A stretch of 64,000 bases of DNA from a virus: IMG/VR virus record IMGVR_UViG_3300033150_000870, positions 4,329 through 68,328 of that record. The stretch is one strand, 5' to 3'. A model generated the notes under the pieces. That model searched no databases, was not told where the DNA came from, and saw nothing but the letters and a program-made list of their open reading frames with translations. The position numbers and the translations under genes are program-made. Below are positions 21,119 to 31,453 of this stretch, piece after piece (the stretch's first letter is position 1; every line of letters starts with the position of its first letter).

Positions 21119-21664
21119 TTAACCCTCATATCGATCAATAATTTTTATTTTCTTTAACTTCTTTTTTGGTTTTAACACAATCAGACCACATTTTGATAAT
21201 ACATCATCTATTGGATCGTAAAATTCAAATACCGGATAATATCTTGGGCGGGAATGAAAATCGTGAATAAAAACTATACTATTAGGCTTCAAATATTTTA
21301 GCACTTCAACGGCGCAAAACAATCTTGCTCGACCATCAATGAAGACCTTATCATATTTATAGCCGAGTTTGTGAATAATTTCTACATAGTCTTTGAATTG
21401 TGATCGTGAAGTTGCAAATTTGTAGTATGGTTCATTATTTGGGACAAAGTGGAGTTCAAGGTTATTAATTTTTGCGCCGAGAAATTTTATGTGGTCATAC
21501 CATTTTTTGTCGTGTTCAATGGAGATGTATTTTTTTACAAAGGATGAAAACAGTAGAGTAGAACCCCCAGCTCCCCATTCGAGCATAATGTCATCGGGGT
21601 TAAGATATGAGATGATTTTTTCGATTTCAGGTTCTTCGAGCCATGCACTAATCATTTTTATCAT
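21119..21664 (-). CDS. Class I SAM-dependent methyltransferase (probably glycan or small-molecule)
   Basis: MLEWGAGGST, SIEHD, FIDGRAR and IHDF. Confidence 0.85.
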   Translation of the reverse strand: MIKMISAWLEEPEIEKIISYLNPDDIMLEWGAGGSTLLFSSFVKKYISIEHDKKWYDHIKFLGAKINNLELHFVPNNEPYYKFATSRSQFKDYVEIIHKLGYKYDKVFIDGRARLFCAVEVLKYLKPNSIVFIHDFHSRPRYYPVFEFYDPIDDVLSKCGLIVLKPKKKLKKIKIIDRYEG

Positions 21665-21978
21665 CTCAGTTTTTTATATTTATTCCAGAATCTGTATTTA
21701 GCATTCACATCTGATTTAAAGAATAATTTTTCGATAGTTTCGTCATTCCATACAAATGGTTCTTTGTCTTTATTACATTCATCGATTTCCGTATGTAATT
21801 TCTGGATAAATTTTATTGAATATACATTTTTTGTTAATACTGCGACTATTTTATTACATTTTGTGCATTCATAGGTAAATGGCATATTACCATAATAGGA
21901 AATAGAGATATTTATAAATAGTGGTTTGTGAAACTTTAATATATGGAACGAAAAAAACGAGTTGCAACAGCTACACAT
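21661..21978 (-). CDS. Small zinc-ribbon protein (true start probably at MPFTYEC)
   Basis: CTKC...H...C. Confidence 0.4.
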   Translation of the reverse strand: MCSCCNSFFSFHILKFHKPLFINISISYYGNMPFTYECTKCNKIVAVLTKNVYSIKFIQKLHTEIDECNKDKEPFVWNDETIEKLFFKSDVNAKYRFWNKYKKLR

Positions 21979-23316
21979 GCTCCGAATATTCCATCGGGGT
22001 TTGGTAGAGTTAATCGAGAAATTGCAAATTCACTTGGAATAAAATATGAAGTATTATGCATAGGTTGGCAGTTTCAAGGATTACCTTATCAGCCAAAATT
22101 TCCGTTTGCACAAGAACCAGAAAGATATGTAATATGCCCGTCTGCTCCAGGCGGTAATTATAATGAGTTTGGACAACAGACATTTCCTTCTTTTGTTTCG
22201 ACATTCAAGCCCGATATGATGATTACATTAGCTGATTGGTTTGTGTTTTCAAGGGGAGCTCATGGATATAATAAGAATTGGTTGCCATTTTTTTTCGCGA
22301 AACAAGCTCAGCAGATAGCACAAAAACATATTGAATTGGTATGGTATTTTCCGGTGGATTCGGCGCCGATATGTTCTGCACATGTGGATTTGTTGCGCCA
22401 TATTCCACACCCGGTAGTGATGAGTAAGTTTGGATTGATGGAGTGTATGAGGCACGGGTTTATTCCGATGTATATTCCGCATGGTGTTGATCCAAAGATA
22501 TTTCATAGGGTTAGTGATGAGGAAAGATTAAATATAAGAAGAAATTTATTAAGAAGATTGAATAGTCATATTGATCCGGAGGAGGCATTTATCGTATTTT
22601 GGGGTGGAAGGAATCAGATTCGTAAGTTTCCACATTATTTAATTGAGATTTTCAGTAAGTTTGCGGAAGATAAGGATGATGTGTATCTGCTTTTACATAC
22701 GACTCCAGTACCATATCAGATAGGAATGTCATTGGGGTTGCATATTGATAGATATAATCTGAATGATAAGGTGGGATTCACTCATGCTGGTATTGTCTAT
22801 ATGCCGACTGATCAGTTCTTGAATGAAATTTATAATGTGGCAGATGTGTATATTGATACGGCGGGTGGAGAAGGATTTGGGCTATTTAGAGTAGAACCAC
22901 ATTGGCTACCAGCTATAATGCCATATTGGACTACTGCTCCAGAGTTTTATGATAAACAACCAGTTGTTGATGCAAAAATGGTATTATCAGATCGTAGGAA
23001 CGACGGAGATACCGGGTTAGTGAAGACATCTTTTGGATTTCTTGTGCCATTGATAGACTTTTGGACTAATGGAACGGGTAGTGATTTTGGGATTGTTGAT
23101 CGGGAGTATTTTGTTGAGGCATTAAATTGGATATATTATCATAGGAATGAAGCCAAACGGATGGGAGAACGGAGAAGTAAATTTTTGTTAAAAGAATATA
23201 ATTGGGAATGGATACGAAATACATGGGTTGGATATATTGATTCGATATTTGATGGTTATGAAGGAGAGTATATAATTGAGAGTAACCCGAAGATTTACGC
23301 CCCGAACTGCAATTAA
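21943..23316 (+). CDS. GT4 glycosyltransferase
   Basis: SGFGRV, YFPVDS, IPHGVD, GRNQIRK and YNVADVY..TAGGEGFGL; co-oriented with and abutting the tail genes. Confidence 0.9.
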   Translation: MERKKRVATATHAPNIPSGFGRVNREIANSLGIKYEVLCIGWQFQGLPYQPKFPFAQEPERYVICPSAPGGNYNEFGQQTFPSFVSTFKPDMMITLADWFVFSRGAHGYNKNWLPFFFAKQAQQIAQKHIELVWYFPVDSAPICSAHVDLLRHIPHPVVMSKFGLMECMRHGFIPMYIPHGVDPKIFHRVSDEERLNIRRNLLRRLNSHIDPEEAFIVFWGGRNQIRKFPHYLIEIFSKFAEDKDDVYLLLHTTPVPYQIGMSLGLHIDRYNLNDKVGFTHAGIVYMPTDQFLNEIYNVADVYIDTAGGEGFGLFRVEPHWLPAIMPYWTTAPEFYDKQPVVDAKMVLSDRRNDGDTGLVKTSFGFLVPLIDFWTNGTGSDFGIVDREYFVEALNWIYYHRNEAKRMGERRSKFLLKEYNWEWIRNTWVGYIDSIFDGYEGEYIIESNPKIYAPNCN

Positions 23317-23806
23317 ACAAATTAAAAAAAAGGTGGAAGACGCGGTAAGTGTAGAGATGGAAAGATTACGAAAAGATGTACAAGTATATATACGATATTA
23401 TAATTATATAGGAGAAGGTGTAAAGATTCGCAATAAAATCTATCATTATATAAAATCGGAGATGGGATTGGGAGGTTGGTTAGCAGAAGGATGGGATACG
23501 GGACTTATATTCAGTGGAAAATTATATAATAGTATAAAAAGTATTGTAAGGAGTGATCAGCAAACAATAAAAGGTCGAGTTTATACAAATGTACCATATG
23601 CAAAAATACATGAATTCGGTGGAGAAGAAGAATATCATAGAGACAAACTTTTAGATCGATTCCTCAATATGTATAAAAAAAGATATAACTATGACATTAT
23701 GTTTGGCGGATATTATCCGAAGCGTTCATTTTTTGCGCCGGCATATAGGAATTGGAAGGAAAATTTGTTAAGAAGATTAGCGATAAAGATTAGGAGTATG
23801 ATGTGA
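23276..23806 (+). CDS. Neck/tail completion protein (HK97 gp10/Mu gpG-like)
   Basis: SGKLYNSI, TNVPYAKIHEFG and PKRSFFAPA. Confidence 0.85.
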   Translation: MRVTRRFTPRTAIKQIKKKVEDAVSVEMERLRKDVQVYIRYYNYIGEGVKIRNKIYHYIKSEMGLGGWLAEGWDTGLIFSGKLYNSIKSIVRSDQQTIKGRVYTNVPYAKIHEFGGEEEYHRDKLLDRFLNMYKKRYNYDIMFGGYYPKRSFFAPAYRNWKENLLRRLAIKIRSMM

Positions 23807-24460
23807 TTGATAACCCATATTCAAAGTTATATGAAACATATTATTCGATTATTGAAGAACAATGCGCCACCAAATTTGATAGATAGAAATGCAATTGCGG
23901 GCTATTGGGCGGGGGCATATCAAAAGGATTCAGAAGGAAGATTAGTTTTAAGAAATAGAATAATACTACCCGCAATCGCAGTAACAGAAATGGCGTCTAT
24001 AGAAAGAAGGTTTGCACTTGGTGGTTGGTTGGGTCGAGATACCCCGTATAAAGGGCAAGTGTATGAAGCATGGATACATATCGACCACTGGGCATATGAT
24101 ACATTACAAAGAGACCAACTATTATCATGGAGTAGAGATGTGATTTGGAATAATATGGATTGGTTGCGCAAAAGAGGGATAATAAACATTACAAGGATAG
24201 CTAATTATGCTCGTGGGTTTGATCAAGCCGATAGGATACTACAGTCGCATTCTCATCAACAGACGATGATAGTAAGAATGATAGATGAATACAGATTGCG
24301 ATATACTCGTGTGCTTGAATATCCATCAGAAGGAATAATTGGTAAAGTCAAGGTAAGTTTAAATAATAATTCACTTGGTAATTTTAATATAGGTGGCACT
24401 AATGATCCATTCCCGTATTATTTTGATGATGAATTTTTTGATATGGTGGATGAATTTTGA
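23807..24460 (+). CDS. Tail terminator-like protein
   Basis: LPAIAV and IDHWA..TLQRDQL; position in the module. Confidence 0.6.
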   Translation: MITHIQSYMKHIIRLLKNNAPPNLIDRNAIAGYWAGAYQKDSEGRLVLRNRIILPAIAVTEMASIERRFALGGWLGRDTPYKGQVYEAWIHIDHWAYDTLQRDQLLSWSRDVIWNNMDWLRKRGIINITRIANYARGFDQADRILQSHSHQQTMIVRMIDEYRLRYTRVLEYPSEGIIGKVKVSLNNNSLGNFNIGGTNDPFPYYFDDEFFDMVDEF

Positions 24461-24954
24461 CAGCTCCGACAAGTAATTTAGATTGGTTTAAATGGAATAT
24501 ACCGCGTGGTACTGAATTTAGAACTGGAACTACTCTTGATGCATCATCAAATTCATGGAGTATTTCTGCGCCGACAAATGCAATGTTATTTATTAACGAG
24601 TTTGAGTTTGTAGTGGAGACTGGTTCGACATGGAGTACGGTTTCTATTACATTTCCGGCTGGTAATGGCGATGTGATTGGAGACAAGTCGATGAGTGGAA
24701 GTGGTACTGGGGAATCTACTCTTGCGCAGATAGCTGATCAGATTGTGAAGTATAATGCGGGTGATGGTAAGTATTATTTATATGGCAGTGGTATTGTTTT
24801 TTATGGTTATAAATTCGATTTGGGAGTTCCTATAAAGTTGAGATGGAGTAAGTCCGATTCATTTTCAGTTCAATTTACTGGGCTCTCAAAACGAATTGAT
24901 GTAAAAGTTAAAGGTTGGACTATAAACGAATCAAATGCGGGTTTTAGTGATTAA
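24457..24954 (+). CDS. Putative virion structural protein
   Basis: Beta-rich and S/T/G-rich; immediately before the sheath. Confidence 0.5.
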   Translation: MTAPTSNLDWFKWNIPRGTEFRTGTTLDASSNSWSISAPTNAMLFINEFEFVVETGSTWSTVSITFPAGNGDVIGDKSMSGSGTGESTLAQIADQIVKYNAGDGKYYLYGSGIVFYGYKFDLGVPIKLRWSKSDSFSVQFTGLSKRIDVKVKGWTINESNAGFSD

Positions 24955-24956
24955 AA

Positions 24957-26774
24957 ATGAAGGAACCAGGCGTAAATATAATAGTAAAGTCAGAAGGAGT
25001 AATACGAGTACCTCCATTTTCTTTAAATCGGGGTATGATAATTGGTACGGCAAACAAAGGGGTTGTGGCGGTTTCCAATGGTGTTACAAAGATTTCACAA
25101 AACGATATTAATGCATATGCCGATTATTCATCATTAGAAAGAGATTTTGGGACTTATGATGCACTAACCGGAAACGAATTGACATTAATGCGGGGAGCAG
25201 ATTTATTTTTTGGCGCCGGTGGAAACTATTTATATGCGATAAGGATTACTGATGGTAATGAATCAAGTGGTAGTGCGATGGTACGATATAAGGATGGTAG
25301 CAACTATCTTAATTGTATGAAGGTATGGGCGAAGGAGCCGGGCAGTTATTCACAAGATATTTCAATAAAAATAGAGTCATCAGCAAATTCGCCGATTGAG
25401 ATTACAGAGAGATTTACAATTGGAGAGTATGGACAGACGGGGTATGCATTATCTTTTGCGCCGACGAGTGGCAATTCATTGCTTGGTTATGAGGTGACGG
25501 GTGATAGTTATACAACATGCTATTATTATGTAAAGAAAAATGAGTTAGGAGAGCCGGATCCGAATGGAGACATAGACCCGGCAAGCAAGACCCAATTGAT
25601 GGTTCATTACTTGGCAAGCGGGGATAGTTGGAGTGGTGGAGCGGATACTGATATAGCGATATGGTATGATGTGTCTCCCGATAATACAAGTAATTTTAGG
25701 TTAATGCCGGGCTCAAGTTTGACGGGAGATACATATGTGATAGAGATGACTTATTATTATGATGCAATTGATATGACAGTGAAATGGAACAAGATAACCG
25801 AGCATTACAAGGATTTGAACTATCTGGGACATATTGCATCTACGATTAATAGCAAATCAGAATTGATTTATATAACGAATCCAACTGGTGGTTCTACATT
25901 TCCATATGATTCGGGAACTTCGACAATGCCAATGCCATTCGGATGGACAAACTTATCGGCGGGTAATGACGGCAAGAATGTGGATTTCAATGATTATAGG
26001 AAGGCATTTGAGTTAGTACGAGAGATGGATTGGGATTATTTGATGTTGCCGGGATGCACTGATTCAAGGATACAATCACGGGCTGTAAGTGAAATGACAA
26101 CTGCCGAGAATAAAAACTATGAACATAAAGTTATCTTGGGACATGACACGGGAGAAAGCGCCGGAAAGGTATTAGCAAGAACTGATTTGATACGGGATGA
26201 TAGGGCAATATTTGTCACGCCGGGTATTGTGATGTCAAATCGATATACTGGTAATTTTGAGACGGGGTCAGCAACTTATACTGCTTGTGTCATTGCGGGT
26301 AATATTGCATCAAGAAGTGTTAGCACCAGTATTTTAGGTAAAAGCCTACAAGGAATAGAGGGTATTGAAAAGGAATGGAATAGCGCCGAAAGAGAACGGT
26401 TCTTGGATAATGGGATTATGAGTATAATGAAGCAAAACGGTTATAAGGTCAATCGTGCAATTACAACTTCGGAGACTTCAGATTTTCTGCGCATCACCAC
26501 ACGGAATATAGTGGATTATGCAAGGAAGGGTATAAGGTATATAGGGCGACAGTTTATCGGAGAAAATAATAATGAGGGTATAAGGGGAGCTATGAAGGCA
26601 GCTATTGATGCATTTTTGAAATCGATGGAACGAGCTGGTCATCTACGACAATTCAAACCTTGTAGTGTGTCGGCAACTGATGACGAAATCATTACAGGAG
26701 AGGTTTCCGTAGAAGTAGAATTATTGCCTCAATATGAAATTGAATATATTAATGTAGTAGTTAGGTTAGGGTGA
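24957..26774 (+). CDS. Contractile tail sheath protein
   Basis: PGVNI, FFGAGG..LYAIRI, AKEPG, RITTRNIVDY, FIGENN and EYINV. Confidence 0.95.
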   Translation: MKEPGVNIIVKSEGVIRVPPFSLNRGMIIGTANKGVVAVSNGVTKISQNDINAYADYSSLERDFGTYDALTGNELTLMRGADLFFGAGGNYLYAIRITDGNESSGSAMVRYKDGSNYLNCMKVWAKEPGSYSQDISIKIESSANSPIEITERFTIGEYGQTGYALSFAPTSGNSLLGYEVTGDSYTTCYYYVKKNELGEPDPNGDIDPASKTQLMVHYLASGDSWSGGADTDIAIWYDVSPDNTSNFRLMPGSSLTGDTYVIEMTYYYDAIDMTVKWNKITEHYKDLNYLGHIASTINSKSELIYITNPTGGSTFPYDSGTSTMPMPFGWTNLSAGNDGKNVDFNDYRKAFELVREMDWDYLMLPGCTDSRIQSRAVSEMTTAENKNYEHKVILGHDTGESAGKVLARTDLIRDDRAIFVTPGIVMSNRYTGNFETGSATYTACVIAGNIASRSVSTSILGKSLQGIEGIEKEWNSAERERFLDNGIMSIMKQNGYKVNRAITTSETSDFLRITTRNIVDYARKGIRYIGRQFIGENNNEGIRGAMKAAIDAFLKSMERAGHLRQFKPCSVSATDDEIITGEVSVEVELLPQYEIEYINVVVRLG

Positions 26775-26779
26775 TTTGA

Positions 26780-27310
26780 ATGAGTAGCAATCCGACTGCG
26801 GTTGAAGACTATTTTATAGGGCTGGATGCAACCATCTATGTTAATGGCTTGAGAGTGGGATATATCCGTCAAGTAGCATTCACCATCACACAAGAAATTA
26901 AACGATATAATCCACTGGGGCGCACACAACCCATTTTTCGGCAATCAATGAGATATGGAAGATTCCGATTAGAAGGAGCATATTGGGATAATAAATTATT
27001 AGCATTGGCAATGGGAACACCATATATCGACGAGGATGATGCAAAGGATTGGCGTGAAAAAGCAAAAGACGGGTCTCTATCTGCAAATAGTGAGGAGGCA
27101 GAAGTGTTTTTCCGATATAAGAATGCAACTATCCAAGTTTCAATAACAGCTGGTGGGCATATCACAGATTCAGATGCAGAAAAACGAACTTTGATAATAA
27201 GCGATCTTATTCCCGATCAATACCAAATAAATCTGACTGCCGATGGAATAGTGTTGGAGAATGTGTCTGGCTATGCAATGTCGTGGAATTTCATAAATAA
27301 TGGTGTGTGA
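26780..27310 (+). CDS. Tail tube protein
   Basis: Follows the sheath; GLDATIYVNG..VGY. Confidence 0.8.
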   Translation: MSSNPTAVEDYFIGLDATIYVNGLRVGYIRQVAFTITQEIKRYNPLGRTQPIFRQSMRYGRFRLEGAYWDNKLLALAMGTPYIDEDDAKDWREKAKDGSLSANSEEAEVFFRYKNATIQVSITAGGHITDSDAEKRTLIISDLIPDQYQINLTADGIVLENVSGYAMSWNFINNGV

Positions 27311-27313
27311 TAA

Positions 27314-27813
27314 ATGGAAATTTTAAGACCTGATTATACGATTGAAAGAAAAATAAATGGAAAAAAGTATAAAGCCAGACCTATTCTATTGAAGGATGAT
27401 TTTGAGGTTACTGAGTTAGTAGAACGCGAAGAACAAGTAGCTGGTCGAAAATTCTCGGATGAACTTCGGCGCCGAAAAGAGAACATATATTTCATAATCC
27501 AGACGGTGATGGTGGAGAAAAAGAGAGAGGATGGTTCGATATACTGGGATAGGATTACTTTGGATTATCTCAATAGTATAACATGGGTGGAGATACAACA
27601 AATCATAAAACTGATGAATGAGGTAAATTCCCTACCGGAAGTAAAAAAAAAGTAGTTAAAATCATAAATTCGGCGGATTCAAGGTTCTTATGGCGGGTTA
27701 TGAAGGAATTCCATATTCTCGATTTTTCTATTTTATGGCGATTGACTCCAGCACAAAAAGTATGGCTAATTGAAAATTTAAAGAGAGAAGATGAGGAATG
27801 GAAGAAGACATAG
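27314..27813 (+). CDS. Tail assembly chaperone G (27314-27655) with -1 frameshift extension GT (to 27813)
   Basis: A9 run (A AAA AAG) at 27643-27652 just before the stop; the -1 frame stays open for 53 codons (VVKIINSADSRFLWRVMKEF...LTPAQKVWL...). Confidence 0.8.
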
Positions 27814-28493
27814 GAAGTTTGCGGGTAGATTTGGAAGTAAATACAGAGGAACTTGACGAGGCAATAGAACGAATAACCGATTTAGAAGCACCATTACAAA
27901 CTGTGGGAAGATTTGTTGAGAATATGGCGGTATTATTAGTCGGGCATTTGAGGGAAGTAGCAAGTGGCTTAACTGATAGCTTAGTGGATGCTGTGTTAGA
28001 GGCGCAAGAAATAGTAGAAAGAATAACATTCAAACCAAAAGTAGAACCCCAAGTTGGAGTGCCGGTTCAAGTTCCAATTTCGGCGCCGGCTGTTGCGGAG
28101 AGAAGGGAAGAAGTACCGGAGGAGGAAAGAATAGAAGAGCCGGTTATACGACAAGTTGGTACAAGATATTATATGAGGGGTAGAAGGGGTGCTATTAGTA
28201 GAGAAGAAGCAGAAAGAATTTTGGCAGAACAAAGAGCTCCAGCTGAAGAAGAGAGAGTTCCAGAAAGAAGAGAAGTAGCAGTTCAAAAACCAAGAGTAAA
28301 AGAATTTTCGATAAAAGGATTTACGGCGGAAACTGAAATAAAAGTAGTTCTTGGAGATATGATGTTTTATGTTGATGTATCGGGAGTTGCTAAGATAGAA
28401 CGAATAATAAAAGATATGATAGAACAAAATAAATATAGAATCGTGGATATTATGATAGAGGCAATGGAAAGAAAAGGATTGAGTATTTCATAG
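27798..28493 (+). CDS. Very short tape-measure-like protein
   Basis: Occupies the TMP slot after the chaperones; N-terminus IGSLRVDLEVNT is TMP-like. Confidence 0.6.
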   Translation: MEEDIGSLRVDLEVNTEELDEAIERITDLEAPLQTVGRFVENMAVLLVGHLREVASGLTDSLVDAVLEAQEIVERITFKPKVEPQVGVPVQVPISAPAVAERREEVPEEERIEEPVIRQVGTRYYMRGRRGAISREEAERILAEQRAPAEEERVPERREVAVQKPRVKEFSIKGFTAETEIKVVLGDMMFYVDVSGVAKIERIIKDMIEQNKYRIVDIMIEAMERKGLSIS

Positions 28494-29036
28494 GTGAGGA
28501 TAATGGTTAATTGGGCAAGTATATTAAGTAATATCACAGAAGTCGGAGCAATAACAGCTACTCTCATCAAGACAGTCCCGCAGTTTAGAGGACTTGATAT
28601 GAGTTTTATTAAATCGACTGTGATACTCGGCGGGTTTATATTTATTCCACCCCCCACAAGAGTTGCAGACGAGATATATCATAAAGTTGCAGAGATACCC
28701 ATATTAGGAATGAAAGGTAATCGGTTGCAATATTTTGGTTATAGGGCGCCGAGAATATATATTGAAGGAGAATGGATTTATGCGGAAGAAACGGGAACTC
28801 GACATACAACGAATCCGAATGTGGTGGATATTGTTGCGCCGGAGGATATGAAATATATATTGAGGAAGATAATCAAGGCGTATAATGGTAAGAGTATGCC
28901 GTTTATTTCAATGGTGAATCCACAGTTTCGGATGGTGATGGTGGAGAGTGAGTTATATGAACCAATAGAGGGAAGACCGAATGATATAAGATATAGACTT
29001 ACACTAATTCAACAGCTAACTTATGGAGGGCCGTGA
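28494..29036 (+). CDS. Tail tube initiator (P2 gpU-like)
   Basis: IPILG...LQYFG..APRIYIEG...IRYRLTL. Confidence 0.7.
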   Translation: MRIMVNWASILSNITEVGAITATLIKTVPQFRGLDMSFIKSTVILGGFIFIPPPTRVADEIYHKVAEIPILGMKGNRLQYFGYRAPRIYIEGEWIYAEETGTRHTTNPNVVDIVAPEDMKYILRKIIKAYNGKSMPFISMVNPQFRMVMVESELYEPIEGRPNDIRYRLTLIQQLTYGGP

Positions 29037-30275
29037 ATGATCTCGAAGATTTTTTTTGATGCAAAATTTACAGTGGTTGTGGTGATTGGCAGTGGTGAGA
29101 ATGAATTCGAGTTAGATCGTGATGTGCTTAGTGGTGTGATTGTGAATGAAACTCTTTTGCGCCCTTCATCAGTGGCTTATGTTAAGGTGTCAGATCCGGA
29201 TATGAATTATTATAACAAGATGAATGTGGGGAAGGATATTTTTATAAGTATAAAGGATTGGAGTAATGGGAGATTATTTTTATTTAATGGTTTTATAATC
29301 GGGACACACTGGCATATAGAAGAGGAGACGGGAGCATACACAGAAATAATATGTAGGACATGGCAGTATTACTTGGAGCAGAATGATGATTGGTATCCGG
29401 CAGGGCCCAGAACAACGAGAAGTAGAAGAATTTCATTAAAAAGATATACAGTTGCGAGGTTTTTTAGATTTTTGTTTGAGAAGTATGGGGTTGTTATAAA
29501 GTATAATGAAGTGGATGAACATGTGTTGAATATACCTATAAAAAAATTTGGAATCCGATATAAAGATAATATGTTTGTTGCGCTAGCTAAGATTGCATTT
29601 TGGAGCGGTTATTATATTATACAGCATCCATTTGATAGTAAGACATTGGTATTTTGTGATTTAGTTACGGATTTTACCCAAAAAAAAGATATTTCAGTGT
29701 CGTATGGGAAAAATATAGTAAGTGAGACATTACGAGGAGTTTCGTATTTCAATCGGTATAGAGAGATGGTTCTACAAGGGTTAGTAAGAAGGGATTCTGA
29801 CACCAGTAATAGTTCTACATATACAGAGAGATACCGTGATATGTTTGTGTTTGGAGATTTTATGCCCGTTAATAGTGATACCGAACTGATTGGAGAAGAA
29901 ATAAAGTACATTTCCGAATTATTTAATGATGAGTGGTTTATGAGAAGATTTGCATCCGCATATTATCCCTATATTTTTAGAAGACCCGTTGTTGCAGAAT
30001 TTAGTATTAATGGGATTGCATTTTCTGTTTATGAGATTAATGACTATTATATTAACGCCTTAATTCCGCTTTCTCTTGATATACCGGTTTATACTCGTGT
30101 GTCTGTTAGCCGGTCTGAAAGCCTATATTTATATGCAGTAAAAGTATATCCTTATGAGATAACACATCAAATTGATAATAATGGCTATGTAATGACCGTA
30201 AAAGTGTGCGAATTTATTAATTGGTTTGGTATTGGATATTTAAATGAGTTCAAAGAAAAAATTAAAAGAAGATAA
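29037..30275 (+). CDS. Baseplate hub (gpD/Mu gp44-like)
   Basis: LFNGFII...ICR, YGKNIVS and ITHQIDNNGY. Confidence 0.75.
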   Translation: MISKIFFDAKFTVVVVIGSGENEFELDRDVLSGVIVNETLLRPSSVAYVKVSDPDMNYYNKMNVGKDIFISIKDWSNGRLFLFNGFIIGTHWHIEEETGAYTEIICRTWQYYLEQNDDWYPAGPRTTRSRRISLKRYTVARFFRFLFEKYGVVIKYNEVDEHVLNIPIKKFGIRYKDNMFVALAKIAFWSGYYIIQHPFDSKTLVFCDLVTDFTQKKDISVSYGKNIVSETLRGVSYFNRYREMVLQGLVRRDSDTSNSSTYTERYRDMFVFGDFMPVNSDTELIGEEIKYISELFNDEWFMRRFASAYYPYIFRRPVVAEFSINGIAFSVYEINDYYINALIPLSLDIPVYTRVSVSRSESLYLYAVKVYPYEITHQIDNNGYVMTVKVCEFINWFGIGYLNEFKEKIKRR

Positions 30276-30277
30276 AA

Positions 30278-30787
30278 ATGTCGGAAATTTACTATGGTGT
30301 TGTGAAAAAGATTAGATTGAAGACCACTGAAAATAAAAAGGCATATAGCTGTGATGTGGAATTACTACCCGACGGCGAGGAACTCGAAGACATTGATATT
30401 ATGGCGCCGATGAGTAAATTTCACGCCTACCCCCGCGTCGGAGATCGGGTAGTAATCGCAGAGGTTTATGATTATTATTATGTGGTTCTTGGTGTAGTAT
30501 ATCGGCTTGATGATAGTAATCTTCCTTCTAACAGAAAATCAGATTCGAGTATTATTATTGGCGACAATTTTATAGAAATCAATGAGGATACTACAATCAA
30601 TATTACTTTGGCGCAAGGAAAATCATTGACGATTAATGTGTCGGGTGGTGGTCAGATTAAATTAGGTGGTAGTTCGGCATTGGCATTAGCAAGTCATACT
30701 CATATTGTAAGTGGTGTCACTTTAGGAGATGATAGTGTTACTACTGGAGTTTCATCTGCTAATACAACTAATTTGAAGGGTGGTTAA
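30278..30787 (+). CDS. Baseplate central spike (gpV/Mu gp45-like)
   Basis: YGVV, PRVGDRVVI, VLG, and a C-terminal HTH metal-binding tip. Confidence 0.85.
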   Translation: MSEIYYGVVKKIRLKTTENKKAYSCDVELLPDGEELEDIDIMAPMSKFHAYPRVGDRVVIAEVYDYYYVVLGVVYRLDDSNLPSNRKSDSSIIIGDNFIEINEDTTINITLAQGKSLTINVSGGGQIKLGGSSALALASHTHIVSGVTLGDDSVTTGVSSANTTNLKGG

Positions 30788-31453
30788 ATGAGTGATGAGA
30801 GTATTTATGGGGTGGATATTAAATTGGTTCGGCGCCGGGATGGGCTTTGGGATGTGGAAGAAGGAGTGAATGGAGATTTTACACAAGTTTCAGGGAAAGA
30901 TACAGCAGTTCAACTTATAATGACCGCATTAACAATTGCATACGGAGAATTAAAACTACACCCGGATTTTGGTTGTCATATTCATAGTTTAGTAGGAGAA
31001 CCGCCAACTCCCATCTTACAAGCATATCTTCGGGTTTTTACCTATGAATCTCTGATGAAACTGAGTATTGTTGAAGATGTGTATAATGTGGATTGTTATC
31101 TTGATGAGAATGATAGCAGTATAATAAATATAAATATGAATGTAAAACTGATTTCTAAGGTTAAAAAGGCGGTTGCAGAAGCACATACATTTCTTGGCGC
31201 CGAAAAAGGTTATCAGCTCAACAACCCGAACATAATCACGGTGGAAGAGATACGGGGCTATGTGGATGGTAATATAGTGTCATTTACGAAGGATGTTGAT
31301 TATAATTTGAATGGTGATACGATTGTGTTTATAGGTAGAACTCCGACAGCAAGGACTACATTCTTAGTAGATTATTATTATTTTGAAGAAGACAAGGATT
31401 ATGAACCACAAAGTATAATTTTAACATATCCATTTAAATTGAGTAGTGAGTGA
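30788..31453 (+). CDS. Baseplate wedge gpW/gp25-like protein with extra domain
   Basis: GDF..VSG...GELKLHPDFG. Confidence 0.85.
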   Translation: MSDESIYGVDIKLVRRRDGLWDVEEGVNGDFTQVSGKDTAVQLIMTALTIAYGELKLHPDFGCHIHSLVGEPPTPILQAYLRVFTYESLMKLSIVEDVYNVDCYLDENDSSIININMNVKLISKVKKAVAEAHTFLGAEKGYQLNNPNIITVEEIRGYVDGNIVSFTKDVDYNLNGDTIVFIGRTPTARTTFLVDYYYFEEDKDYEPQSIILTYPFKLSSE

